A DNA stretch of 64,000 nt from Candidatus Dormiibacterota bacterium. GTDB taxonomy: Bacteria > Chloroflexota > Dormibacteria > Aeolococcales > Aeolococcaceae. The position numbers and the translations under genes are program-made. Numbering within the stretch: position 1 is the stretch's first letter; each line of letters begins with the position of its first letter. Below, piece by piece: positions 1 to 11,195 of the stretch. The DNA is taken from contig CAVPXI010000018.1 in assembly GCA_963709585.1 (NCBI GenBank), positions 22,747 through 86,746 of the forward strand, read 5' to 3'. The notes below the pieces were generated by a model, which saw nothing but the letters and a program-made list of their open reading frames with translations, made no database searches and was not told the origin of the DNA.

Positions 1-10
1 CGACAGTCGC

Positions 11-1030
11 TCAGTCCGGTTCGCGAGCCGCCAGCGCAAGCATGTCGTCCGCGAGTTGATCGAATGTCGAAGGCAGGAAACCACGCATTATCATCACGCG
101 CACTCGGTCGGCGAGCCACTCGACGCTGTGACGGTCATGTGCGGCACTGTCCACGATCTCCTCGACGGACCCCGAGGACCGTTGCAGACGATTGCGCACA
201 AGCAGCTTCAGCTGAGGTAGCACCGCTTCGACCTGCGTTGGCTCTCGGTGGCCTGAACGGTCGACACGAGTTGGCTCAAATTGATCCGAGTCGTCGCGGT
301 GCAGGCCGAACAGTGCCGACAGGGTTGCGTTCGGATCGTCGGCCTGTTCCGTCATGGGATTTGTCAGAGGCTGCACAACGACGGCGGGCCGCTGCGCTTC
401 CATCTTCGGTGCTGTACGAGCCGGCGGCGCCGATTGCAAGGCCGAACCCACCCCTGGGTCGACGAGGATTCGAATGGTCCCGACGCCGCTCGCCGCGAGG
501 TCATCGAGGAGATCCGGGGTGCCCAGGGTCGGGTGGGACTCGGCAAACGTCGCAATCTGCCGCCCGTTTTGAATGACAGTGACTCCCCGGCCGGTCGTCA
601 CCTCCAGCTCGACTACGAACGTTCCGCCGCGCTCGCGAAAATCATGGAGCAACTGTGGCCAGACCACCCACTCGAGGCGGAGGTCGGCGTAGCAGGGAGC
701 GCCTCGGATGAGCGGCCCAAGCAGATCCATCGCCTCGTCGGAGAGGCGGCACGCCGACACCGTCGCGGAGTGGGCCCCGCGGATCAGCGTGAGCGCCGGG
801 TCACCGTTGCTTCGGACGCCATCGGCGACCCACACCGTCTCGGAGACGACGCCATCGCGGACGACGAGGATGCCCTCACGCTCACCATCGCGCACGGTGA
901 TCACCCCATTGCCGACCGCAGGCGCCAGCGCATCGAGCACCAGAGCGCCGATGGGAAGCGCGTCGAACATCGTCGCGCCCACCGGGAGAAGCGGCAGCGA
1001 CCAATCCCTTCCCAACTCGCCAATCATCAC
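11..1030 (-). CDS. Hypothetical protein with two tandem DUF4388/PATAN-like repeats, a Pro/Ala linker and a helical C-terminal domain
   Basis: 339-aa ORF; internal repeat GNGVITVRDGEREGILVVRDG / GTFVVELEVTTGRGVTVIQNG; CATACT -10-like motif 5 nt upstream of the GTG. Confidence 0.6.
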   Translation of the reverse strand: MMIGELGRDWSLPLLPVGATMFDALPIGALVLDALAPAVGNGVITVRDGEREGILVVRDGVVSETVWVADGVRSNGDPALTLIRGAHSATVSACRLSDEAMDLLGPLIRGAPCYADLRLEWVVWPQLLHDFRERGGTFVVELEVTTGRGVTVIQNGRQIATFAESHPTLGTPDLLDDLAASGVGTIRILVDPGVGSALQSAPPARTAPKMEAQRPAVVVQPLTNPMTEQADDPNATLSALFGLHRDDSDQFEPTRVDRSGHREPTQVEAVLPQLKLLVRNRLQRSSGSVEEIVDSAAHDRHSVEWLADRVRVMIMRGFLPSTFDQLADDMLALAAREPD

Positions 1031-1131
1031 GATCCAGTATGCGGCTCCTGAGGCCGCATCCGCCCGGTCCGACGCGGACGGATGGCGGACGTCCCTCCAA
1101 CGCGCGGAAGCAAACTGCTAGGGTCCCAGCC

Positions 1132-1911
1132 ATGAATCTGGGGCTTCGCGGTCGCGCCGCGTTCGTGGCAGCGTCGAGCAAGGGCATGGGGCGTGCCATC
1201 GCCGAACAGTTCGCCGCCGAGGGCGCTGACGTTGGCATGTGCGCCCGCTCGGACGCCACATTGCATAAAGCCGCCGACGCGGCGCGCACGCACGGCGGTC
1301 GCGTCGTGGCCACTATCGCGGACGTCGCCGACCCCGAGCAGACGAGGATCGCTGTCGAGCGCAGCGTGACCGAATTCGGGAGGCTCGACGCGCTGGTCGT
1401 CAACGCCGGCGGTCCACCGCGAGCCTCCTTCGCAGACCTCGACGACCAGGCGTGGGAGACTGCGCATCGACTCACCTTCATGAGTGCCGTCCACCTGGTC
1501 CAGGCGGCGCTGCCGGCACTCGAAGTCAGTCGGACTCAGCGGCCATCCTCTTCATCACCTCGACCAGCGTCAAACAGCCGATCAACGGGTTGACCCTGAG
1601 CAACAGCATTCGCGGCGCCGTCAGCGGTCTTGCCAAGACGCTTTCCAACGAGCTTGCGCCACACATCCGCGTCAACTCGCTGCTTCCGGGCTCGATCAGG
1701 ACCGATCGGCAGATCGAGCTGGCGCGTGCCTCCGGGGTGACCGACCTCGACGCGTTCTTCGCACGTGCCGGCGCGATCAACCCCCTCGGCCGAGTTCGGT
1801 GAACCCGACGAGATCGCTCGCGTCGCCGTGTTCCTCTGCTCTCCAGCAGCATCATTCGTCACCGGCGTGTCGCTCGCCGTCGACGGCGGCCAGATCCAGT
1901 CGGTCGTCTGA
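1132..1911 (+). CDS. Short-chain dehydrogenase/reductase (FabG-like), with two compensating frameshifts (~1522, ~1796)
   Basis: AASSKGMG Rossmann motif and VVNAGGP in frame 1; [15 protein letters not shown] and IRVNSLLPG in another frame; [13 protein letters not shown]...[11 protein letters not shown] back in frame 1. Confidence 0.85.
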
Positions 1912-1926
1912 CTCGAGGCGTGCAAG

Positions 1927-2895
1927 TCAACAGGTCGTCGTCGTGCTCAGGATGGCGAGGATGTTGGGTAAGTTGAAGAGCGCATGCGTGAGGATCCCGG
2001 GAACGATGCTCCGCGATCCTTGGTACAGCGAGGCGAGCACCAGGCCGACGAAGAAGAGCGGCAGGAACAGCACCAGTTGTTGGTGCACCGCCGAGAAGAT
2101 CGCGGCACTAAGCGGAATCGCGAACACAGCCGGCCCCCAGCGATGGAGCCACCCGTAGATGAAGCCGCGAAAGATGGTTTCCTCGGAGATCGGCGCGATC
2201 ACACAGACCACGATGATCGCGAGCGCGTAATAGTGGCTGTAGTCGTGCTGGACCTCATGGCACTGTCCGTTGCTCACCCCCGGGAACAGATTCTGGTTGA
2301 TGGTCTGCAGATAGCTCGCTCCCACAAGCGCGACGTAGGTGGCGACGGGCGCTAGCGGAAGCCACCACCATTTGAATCCGCGCCACCCGAGATCGCGTAG
2401 CGTCCCGCCCCGGCGCATGAACGCGAGCACGAAGATGTTGAAGAGCATGCCGCCGTACTGGCACACCGCCAGCACCGACGACTCGATTGCGTTGCGCACC
2501 GTGGGATCGGAGTTGCTGGCTATCAGGTTGGTGAGGATCACCGCCACCGAACCGAGCAGCTGAAAAGCGCTGAACCATCCCGGCCAGAACATGACGAAGT
2601 CCGTCCAGTCCCACGGCACCTTCGGGTTCGGGTCAGTCGGGTCGCGGATGACGGGCAGGTCGTGTCGCATCCGGGTGGCGCCGACGCCGAGGATCACGAC
2701 TCCGACGATGCACAGGCCTCCGCCACCGGCCACGGTCAGCAGGTCGCTCCCTTCGGCGCCACTGAAGAAGCCGAACGAGATGAGCACCAGAAAGGCCGCT
2801 TCCATGTAGAGGATGACCCGCGCGGCGTAATGGCGTCCACTGTCGGCCTGGTGCGGTGGCACGGCTGCCTGCGCTGGCGTCTGGGACTGAGTCAC
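1927..2895 (-). CDS. CPBP (CAAX/Abi) family intramembrane metalloprotease
   Basis: APISEETIFRG, FSAVH and THALFN motifs; multiple TM segments; start chosen at GTG 2895. Confidence 0.9.
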   Translation of the reverse strand: MTQSQTPAQAAVPPHQADSGRHYAARVILYMEAAFLVLISFGFFSGAEGSDLLTVAGGGGLCIVGVVILGVGATRMRHDLPVIRDPTDPNPKVPWDWTDFVMFWPGWFSAFQLLGSVAVILTNLIASNSDPTVRNAIESSVLAVCQYGGMLFNIFVLAFMRRGGTLRDLGWRGFKWWWLPLAPVATYVALVGASYLQTINQNLFPGVSNGQCHEVQHDYSHYYALAIIVVCVIAPISEETIFRGFIYGWLHRWGPAVFAIPLSAAIFSAVHQQLVLFLPLFFVGLVLASLYQGSRSIVPGILTHALFNLPNILAILSTTTTC

Positions 2896-2922
2896 CGCGG
2901 GCAATTCTGCACAATCCATCCC

Positions 2923-4053
2923 GTGACCACGCTGGACTCGGTGATCGGCCACGGCCCCGTCCTCCAGCGTCTAGTGGCGAGCGGGGTCGATGAGGAGCTC
3001 ACCCACGCGCTGCTGCTCATCGGGCCAGAGGGCGTCGGCAAGACCACGGCCGCGCTCGCGCTCGCCGGCGAGTTGCTCGACGCGTCGAATTGGCCGGGAG
3101 GGCTCGAAGCCCATCCCGACTTCTGGCTCGAGGACTCGGCAGCCGAGAACGTCGGCATCGACCGGATGCGGCCGTCGCCGAAGCGCAAACCCGGTGACGA
3201 GGAGGCGGGGCCGTCGCTCCAGCAGTTCCTCTCGCTCTCCGCGTACGCCGGTGGCCGGCGCGTCGCCCTGATCGCACGCGCCGACCGTCTCACCGAGCAA
3301 GCCGCCGACAACGTGCTCAAGACCCTCGAGGAACCGCCGCCGCGCACCCACCTGCTGCTCACCTCGGCGCATCCGGAACAGCTTCCTCAGACGGTGCGTT
3401 CCCGGTGCGAGACCGTCGTGCTCGGCCCCGTGTCGCGAGCGGCGATCGAGGTCTGGCTCCAGCGCGTCCACGGGGTGAGCGAGCGCGACGCCTCCACCGC
3501 CGCGTCGCTCGCGGCGGGCCGCCCGGGGCGGGCGCTGCGCCTCGCCACCGAGCCGGGTGCGCTCGAGGGCGAGCTCGACGCGCTCGATCGATTCATTGGC
3601 GCGGGTGGTCGGGGCGCCGAGGGGGCGCTTCGTGCCGCGGCCCTGGTCACCGTGGCCGCCGCAGCGGGTACCGAGCGCAGCGCAGAGGTCCGTGAACAGG
3701 CGCTGGTCACGCTGGGTGCGTGGGCGTCATTCGTGCGCGACGCGGCCTGCTTCGCCTCGGGCGCCCCCGAACTCGCCGTCTGGAAGGCCTACCGCCCGGC
3801 GCTCGAGGCCTGGGCGCAAGACCTCGACCTCACCCGCATCGTCGAGATCCTGGCCCGCATCCTTGAGACCGCCGAATCGGTTGCCATGTATGCGCAGCCC
3901 CGCCTCGCTTTCGAGGCGCTCATGCTCGAGATCTTCGCCGGCTCCAACAGCCCGCCGCTCGTGGAGCTCGCTCCTCGGGGTGGGCTGGAGGTCAGCGCCG
4001 GCGGCGCAGCACGAGGAAAGCCACGCCGATCCCCACCAGCGCGGCGGGGATGA
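2923..4053 (+). CDS. holB: DNA polymerase III delta-prime subunit
   Basis: VIGH...HALLLIGPEGVGKT, HPD, ADRLTEQAADNVLKTLEEPP and LPQTVRSRC motifs. Confidence 0.85.
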   Translation: MTTLDSVIGHGPVLQRLVASGVDEELTHALLLIGPEGVGKTTAALALAGELLDASNWPGGLEAHPDFWLEDSAAENVGIDRMRPSPKRKPGDEEAGPSLQQFLSLSAYAGGRRVALIARADRLTEQAADNVLKTLEEPPPRTHLLLTSAHPEQLPQTVRSRCETVVLGPVSRAAIEVWLQRVHGVSERDASTAASLAAGRPGRALRLATEPGALEGELDALDRFIGAGGRGAEGALRAAALVTVAAAAGTERSAEVREQALVTLGAWASFVRDAACFASGAPELAVWKAYRPALEAWAQDLDLTRIVEILARILETAESVAMYAQPRLAFEALMLEIFAGSNSPPLVELAPRGGLEVSAGGAARGKPRRSPPARRG

Positions 4054-4228
4054 TCCACGGGCTCTTGGCCGCAATCGAGGAGATCCGTTGACCGATCCCG
4101 GCCTCGGCATCGTCGTCGATCTCGAACGGATCCTCGGTCATCAGTCGGACGGTGCCGGCGACGCGGCGCGGGCTTTCCTCCTCACCCTCGACGGTGTCGT
4201 CGTGGCGAGCCGGTTCTGGAGTGGGCAT
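3992..4228 (-). CDS. Small tail-anchored membrane protein (78 aa)
   Basis: Acidic N-terminus then SPWIIPAALVGIGVAFLVLRRRR; CATAAT motif 6 nt upstream of the ATG; overlaps the holB 3' end. Confidence 0.6.
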   Translation of the reverse strand: MPTPEPARHDDTVEGEEESPRRVAGTVRLMTEDPFEIDDDAEAGIGQRISSIAAKSPWIIPAALVGIGVAFLVLRRRR

Positions 4229-4411
4229 CCGCGCATTATGGGCCGCTTCACCACGCTCACCGGAGACCCTTCGCACCGGTGGAACCGACCACGCGAAGCG
4301 ACCTGGGGCCGGGACCGGGCGAGATTGCGGGCGAACCCTACGGCACGAGGCGCACCTATTCTGGTGTGGTGATCGGAACCGCTCGTCGCTCGCGGAGGTC
4401 GCCACCGCGTC

Positions 4412-4664
4412 GTGACTGAAACCACCATGCTCGATCTCAGCGGCTCGGAGGAGTTGTGCACCGAGCCGGGTGCGCTGGAGCGAGTGCGCAGGGCGTACGC
4501 GCGAACTCGAGCCCGGCGGTCGCCTTGACGTCCGTTCTCCGGTCGCCGAGCACGCCTTCGCGGTGCGCCAGTGGAGCCGCAAGAACAATGTCAAGCTGAT
4601 AGTGGACGAGACGTCGGAAGGATTCCGCCATCTCGTCCTCGAGGCACCAGCGGCGAGCGCGTGA
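4412..4664 (+). CDS. TusA/SirA-like sulfur carrier protein (frameshift ~4500)
   Basis: Joined translation LDLSGSEELCTEPGALERVRRAYA-ELEPGGRLDVRSPVAEHAFAVRQWSRKNNVKLI matches the TusA pattern; GGAGG upstream; stop overlaps the next start (GTGA). Confidence 0.6.
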
Positions 4665-5959
4665 CGCCGAGGCATCTGCCCGAGGGATTTCTCCTGGGCT
4701 GCGCCACCGCGGCGCATCAGGTCGAGGGCGGCATCGACAACGACTGGTCGCGGTGGGTGGCGGATCATCCCGAGGCGGTTACCGGGGGAGGCGACGCCGA
4801 GATCGCGATCGATCAGTACCGGCGCTACCGTGAGGATCTCGAACAGCTCGGGTCGATGCACCACAACGCGCATCGCTTTTCTGTGGAGTGGGCTCGCGTC
4901 GAACCGGAGCCCGGGAGGTTCGACCCGGACGCGCTCGCTCACTACGCGGACGTCGTCCGCACCTGCCGGCGGCACGGCATGGAGCCGGTGGTCACGTTGC
5001 ACCACTTCACATTCCCGGTGTGGCTCGCGGAGTCCGGTGGTTTCGCGGCTCCCGAGGCGCCGGTTCGTTTTGCCCGGTACGCCGCCGCGTGCGTGGAAGC
5101 CCTGGGCGACATGGTGACGTGGTGGGTCACGGTCAACGAGCCCACCGTGGTCGCGGTTCTCGGACATCTCGAAGGGCAGTGGCCGCCGGGCGAACGCTCA
5201 CTGCGCCGCACCATCGCCGCGATGCGCGGTCTCCTGCGCATGCACGCTGCGGCAGCTCACGCGATCACAACCGTCTCGAGGCGTCACGGACGGCCCGCGC
5301 AGGTCTCGATCGCCCATCACGAGCGCCCCCTCGTGCCGCGCGATGCGTCATCGTCGATGGATCGAGCGATCGCGAAAGCGCCCGACTACCTTTTCAACCG
5401 CTGGTTTCTGCGCAGCTGCGTCGCGGGCCGCATGCTCGCTCCGGTCGGCCACGGTGAGGTGGTGCCCGGCCTCGCGGATTCGCTCACCTACCTGGGGCTG
5501 AACCACTACACGAGCGAGGCGGTGTCGTTCGACCTGGGAGCGCCCGGAATGCTCTTCGCCAGGCATGAGGCGATGCCGGACCTGCCCCTCTCGAGTGCGG
5601 GCTGGGCAATCGACGCGGGCGCGCTTCGACAGGCGCTCATCAATCTTTGGCATGACTTCGCTCTTCCGATCCTGATCACCGAGAACGGCGTGGCCGACGA
5701 CCACGACGAGTTGCGCCCCGCGTTTCTTCGTGATCATCTCGGCGCCGTGGTCGATGCGATCGACGCCGGCGTCGACGTTCGAGGCTATCTGTACTGGACG
5801 GCGTGGGACAACTTCGAGTGGGCCGAGGGATACACCCAGCGCTTTGGACTCTTCGCTGTCGACCGCGAGACCCAGGAACGGATTGCCAAACCGAGCGCTG
5901 CGGTGTTCGCGGAGATCTGCAGGACTCGTGCGGTGCCCGTAGCCGCGTCCACTGGGTGA
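4661..5959 (+). CDS. Glycoside hydrolase family 1 beta-glucosidase
   Basis: FLLGCATAAHQVEGG, RFSVEWARVEP, TVNEP (acid/base), ITENG (nucleophile), WDNFEWAEG. Confidence 0.95.
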   Translation: MTPRHLPEGFLLGCATAAHQVEGGIDNDWSRWVADHPEAVTGGGDAEIAIDQYRRYREDLEQLGSMHHNAHRFSVEWARVEPEPGRFDPDALAHYADVVRTCRRHGMEPVVTLHHFTFPVWLAESGGFAAPEAPVRFARYAAACVEALGDMVTWWVTVNEPTVVAVLGHLEGQWPPGERSLRRTIAAMRGLLRMHAAAAHAITTVSRRHGRPAQVSIAHHERPLVPRDASSSMDRAIAKAPDYLFNRWFLRSCVAGRMLAPVGHGEVVPGLADSLTYLGLNHYTSEAVSFDLGAPGMLFARHEAMPDLPLSSAGWAIDAGALRQALINLWHDFALPILITENGVADDHDELRPAFLRDHLGAVVDAIDAGVDVRGYLYWTAWDNFEWAEGYTQRFGLFAVDRETQERIAKPSAAVFAEICRTRAVPVAASTG

Positions 5960-6004
5960 CCGGCAGCCGGCAGGGCGCGCACGGATCGGGCCCGGGCGTG
6001 GAGT

Positions 6005-6028
6005 GGAGGCACGCTCACGCGTGCCTCC
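6005..6028. terminator. Perfect 10-bp hairpin between convergent genes
   Basis: GGAGGCACGC-TCAC-GCGTGCCTCC; no U-tract. Confidence 0.55.
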
Positions 6029-6046
6029 GCACGCTGGACGGCCGCA

Positions 6047-6193
6047 TCAGCTGCGGTCGCGGCGATCGGACCATGCGTTGAACGCGGTCGCGACTCGCTG
6101 CAGGACTGTGCGATTCGAGCATCCGTGCTCGGCACAGAAGACGCGCCGGCGCTCGATGGAGCGAGCCAGCTCGATGTTCTGCAAGTTGGTCAT
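6047..6193 (-). CDS. Small hypothetical protein (48 aa), absent from the ORF track
   Basis: MTNLQNIELARSIERRRVFCAEHGCSNRTVLQRVATAFNAWSDRRDRS; AGGAGG SD 8 nt upstream; directly downstream of the HTH regulator. Confidence 0.6.
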   Translation of the reverse strand: MTNLQNIELARSIERRRVFCAEHGCSNRTVLQRVATAFNAWSDRRDRS

Positions 6194-6208
6194 CTCGTCT
6201 ACCTCCTT

Positions 6209-6862
6209 TTATTTGTGTTGCGCTGGGACGTGAGTCCGGTGCGATGGACGTGGATATGCGAAGAAGAGCAACTCGATGGGAAGCGATCCCTTCGGACGCT
6301 TCTTGGGGTTGCCGATGCGTTCGACGTACGGCTTGATGAGGTTGGTCACCTGCTCGTCGATCGCGTGCAGTTCCTCGACGGTCACGTAGAGGAGGAACTC
6401 GCTTGCGCCGGTCGCCTTCTGAACCGCCGTCGGGCTGTCGCGGCGCAGCTCTAGACCTTCCTTGAGCCGGTCGAGGTAGAAGTCGTGGAGCACTCGCGAC
6501 AGCGCCGCTCCCGCCAGCCTGGTCTCGAGATCATCACTGACGTCCGAGAAGCTCATCCCGGCGTGGACGAGTCGCCACGGCCGCTTCCGTCCCGGGACGC
6601 CGGTCACCTCCTCGATGAACCCGTACTTGGCAAGCTGGCGGAGGTGGAATGAGCACGTGGTCGGGCTCTCACCGATGATCTCGCCCGCCTGGGTGGCGGT
6701 CAGGGGGCCCTCGGCGGTCAGGACCTCCAGCAGGGCGATCCGGACTGGGTGAGCGACTGCGCGCATCGCCCGGGGATCGGTGAGCCTGCGCGGCTCGGGG
6801 ATGGGGAGATTGGCGACCTGGGCTTCGTCCCGGGGTCTTGAGAGATTTGTTTCGACATCCAT
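6209..6862 (-). CDS. ArsR-like winged-helix (HTH_20) transcriptional regulator
   Basis: MRAVAHPVRIALLEVL...LTATQAGEIIGESPTTCSFHLRQLAKYGFIEE. Confidence 0.9.
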   Translation of the reverse strand: MDVETNLSRPRDEAQVANLPIPEPRRLTDPRAMRAVAHPVRIALLEVLTAEGPLTATQAGEIIGESPTTCSFHLRQLAKYGFIEEVTGVPGRKRPWRLVHAGMSFSDVSDDLETRLAGAALSRVLHDFYLDRLKEGLELRRDSPTAVQKATGASEFLLYVTVEELHAIDEQVTNLIKPYVERIGNPKKRPKGSLPIELLFFAYPRPSHRTHVPAQHK

Positions 6863-6899
6863 GTATCGAAGTATATCTCTCGATAGATATCTCTGCAAG
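6840..6899. promoter_or_regulatory. Putative autoregulatory operator (inverted plus direct repeats)
   Basis: GAGAGATTTGTTTCGA-N10-TCGAAGTATATCTCTC (13/16 inverted match), followed by a third copy TCGATAGATATCTCTG; AT-rich island over the regulator start. Confidence 0.55.
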
Positions 6900-6918
6900 C
6901 CCGAGTGGTGGTTTGTGA

Positions 6919-8799
<1,881 letters not shown>

Positions 8800-8867
8800 C
8801 GCTTCGATGTAACCACAGCGCGGGGCACTGGTTAGAGTGGTGTGACCGTGGACAGGAGGCCATACCG

Positions 8868-9668
8868 ATGATCCGTCTGCGGCGGCCGGCACTCGCCGCG
8901 GTTGGGGTGCTGACCTTCGCGGCCGCGATCGCGCTGCCGCTGTGGACCATCGCGAACGCCACCACGGCCGGAGGGACGGTGCAGGTCCCCGGCGGATCGA
9001 CGGTCGGGGCGACACCAACCGCTTCGGTGGCGACGGCGTCACCGGTGAGCACGGATGCCGGCGCGGTCTATCTCCCCGGTCCGATCATCAAACAGGACCT
9101 CGCGCTCGACTGCGAATCGGCCGCCCTCGAGGTCGCGCTCGCGGTGCGCAACATCGAGGTGCCGCAGGATCGGATTTACGCGAGCCTGCCCCAGGATCCG
9201 CGATCACCCGTCCTCGGCGCCGACGGGTACCCGGTCCGCTGGGGCGATCCGTTCACGGCGTTCGTCGGTGACGTCAACGGCTATGAGCCCGACTTCACCG
9301 GGTACGGTGTGTACTACCCGCCGATCGTCGCGGCCGCCGAGCGATACGGCGCGCTGGCGGACGGCCACACCGGCTGGACCGTCGCCGCGATCGTCGCCCA
9401 GCTCCACCTCGGAAACTCAGTGGTGGTCTGGCTGACCTCGGATTTCAAAGCGCACATCCCTCGCTACTGGACCGCGTGGGACGGGACTCGGGTCCCGTGG
9501 GCGATCGGCGAGCACGCCGTGCCGGTCATCGGTTACGACCCCGTCAAGAGCACGATCAGCTTCGTCGACGTCCTCTACGGGGTGGAACGCACCATGAGCA
9601 CGCAGGACTTCGCGGCGGCGCTGACCACGTTCGGCGGTATGGGCATCGCCGTGTCCTCGGCTCGGTGA
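8868..9668 (+). CDS. Secreted C39-like cysteine peptidase
   Basis: Signal/TM segment, Thr/Ser linker, QDLALDCESAAL (catalytic Cys) and EHAVPVIGYD (His/Asp). Confidence 0.8.
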   Translation: MIRLRRPALAAVGVLTFAAAIALPLWTIANATTAGGTVQVPGGSTVGATPTASVATASPVSTDAGAVYLPGPIIKQDLALDCESAALEVALAVRNIEVPQDRIYASLPQDPRSPVLGADGYPVRWGDPFTAFVGDVNGYEPDFTGYGVYYPPIVAAAERYGALADGHTGWTVAAIVAQLHLGNSVVVWLTSDFKAHIPRYWTAWDGTRVPWAIGEHAVPVIGYDPVKSTISFVDVLYGVERTMSTQDFAAALTTFGGMGIAVSSAR

Positions 9669-9839
9669 GGCAGGGTCGCCACTACGCCATCCCAGGCCGG
9701 AGCCACCTCACACCGGCAACTCGCTGTGCGCCGCGCACGACGATCGAGCCGGTTCTTGACGCCGGATCATGCCGGGAGGTGCGCTAGAATCTGCTGAGCC
9801 AGCCGCGCTTGTGCGATCCGCCTAGTTGGAGGCTCTCAA

Positions 9840-11180
9840 TTGCCACCGCCCACCCAAAAGGAAGCGCCCCCTGACCTCCTCGCCCGGGTGGAGGAGGCGC
9901 AGGTCCGCCACATCGACCTCCAGTTCACCGATGTCGTCGGTGGGGTGAAGACGGTCACCATCCCGGCCTCGCAGCTCCGTGAGGCGATCTCTCACGGGAC
10001 CTGGTTCGACGGTTCATCGGTGGATTCGTTCGCACGCACGGCGGAATCCGACATGTACCTGGTCCCCGATCCGTCGACGTTTCAGCTCCTTCCCTGGGGT
10101 GATGAGCGCACCGCGCGGCTCATCTGCTGGGCGACCACCCCCGATGGCGAGGCGTACCAGGGCGACCCGCGAGGCGTGCTGCGCCGCGCCGTGGAGGATG
10201 CCGAGCGCCTCGGCTTCGAGTATCACGTTGGGCCGGAGGTGGAGTTCTTCCTCCTCGAGCGCACCGCCGACGGATCGCTGGTCCCCACCCGCAACGACCG
10301 CAGCTCGTACTTCGACTTCTCGAGCGATGGCAACCGGGATCTCCGCCAGCGACTGGTCAGCGCGTTGATCAGCATGGGGATCGCGGTCAACACCTCGCAC
10401 CACGAGATTGCGGGAGGACAGCACGAGATCGACATCGACGCAGCGCCGGCGCTCAAGGCGGCCGACGACCTGATCACCTTCCGCTACGCGATCAAGGCGG
10501 TGGCGCAGCAATCCGGGGTGATCGCGACATTCATGCCCAAGCCGTTCGATGGCAAGCCGGGCAGCGGTATGCACGTCCATCAGAGCCTCGTGCGACTGCG
10601 CGACTCGGCGAACGCCTTTGCCGGCGACGACGCCTATGGGCTCAGCGAGGTCGCCCAGCATTTCATCGCCGGGCAGCTCCACCACGCGGCCGGGATCAGC
10701 GCCGTGCTCGCGCCTCTGGTGAACTCCTACAAGCGCCTCGTGCGCGGCTTCGAGGCCCCGATCTTCATCTCCTGGGCGCGCACCAATCGCGGGGCACTCA
10801 TCCGCGTGCCCCACGTCGGCCGCGCCGAGGCGACCCGAGTGGAACTGCGCAGTCCGGACCCTTCGTGCAACCCGTATCTCGCGTTCGCGGTCATGCTCCG
10901 GTGCGGGCTTGACGGCATCGAGCGCCGGCTCCCACTGCCGTCGCCGGTCGAGGAGTCGCTGTACGGGTTCGACGAGATCGAGCTCGAGCGGCGCAACGTC
11001 GGCGTGCTCCCCGACAACCTCAAGGACGCCATCGACGCGCTCGAAGCCGACGAGGTCGTCATCGACGCGCTTGGCGACCATCTGGCGGAGCGGTTCATCG
11101 CCGCCAAACGCCTCGAATGGCAAGCCTACCGCGGGCAGGTCACGCCCTGGGAGCTCGACCAGTACCTCGAGCGCTGCTGA
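9840..11180 (+). CDS. glnA: Glutamine synthetase type I, GSI-alpha-like (short form)
   Basis: FDGSS...ESDMYL, GPEVEFFL, HHEIAGGQHEID, TFMPKP..GSGMH, NSYKRL, RVELRSPDPSCNPY; TTG start after GGAGG. Confidence 0.9.
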   Translation: MPPPTQKEAPPDLLARVEEAQVRHIDLQFTDVVGGVKTVTIPASQLREAISHGTWFDGSSVDSFARTAESDMYLVPDPSTFQLLPWGDERTARLICWATTPDGEAYQGDPRGVLRRAVEDAERLGFEYHVGPEVEFFLLERTADGSLVPTRNDRSSYFDFSSDGNRDLRQRLVSALISMGIAVNTSHHEIAGGQHEIDIDAAPALKAADDLITFRYAIKAVAQQSGVIATFMPKPFDGKPGSGMHVHQSLVRLRDSANAFAGDDAYGLSEVAQHFIAGQLHHAAGISAVLAPLVNSYKRLVRGFEAPIFISWARTNRGALIRVPHVGRAEATRVELRSPDPSCNPYLAFAVMLRCGLDGIERRLPLPSPVEESLYGFDEIELERRNVGVLPDNLKDAIDALEADEVVIDALGDHLAERFIAAKRLEWQAYRGQVTPWELDQYLERC

Positions 11181-11195
11181 CCGGATGCTCGCGAC

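Noticed and set aside
4052-4372. Plus-strand MIP18/SufT-like gene (DPGLGIVVDL)
   Set aside because: No conserved TxxxCP motif or proper start; the minus-strand 78-aa ORF explains the region better
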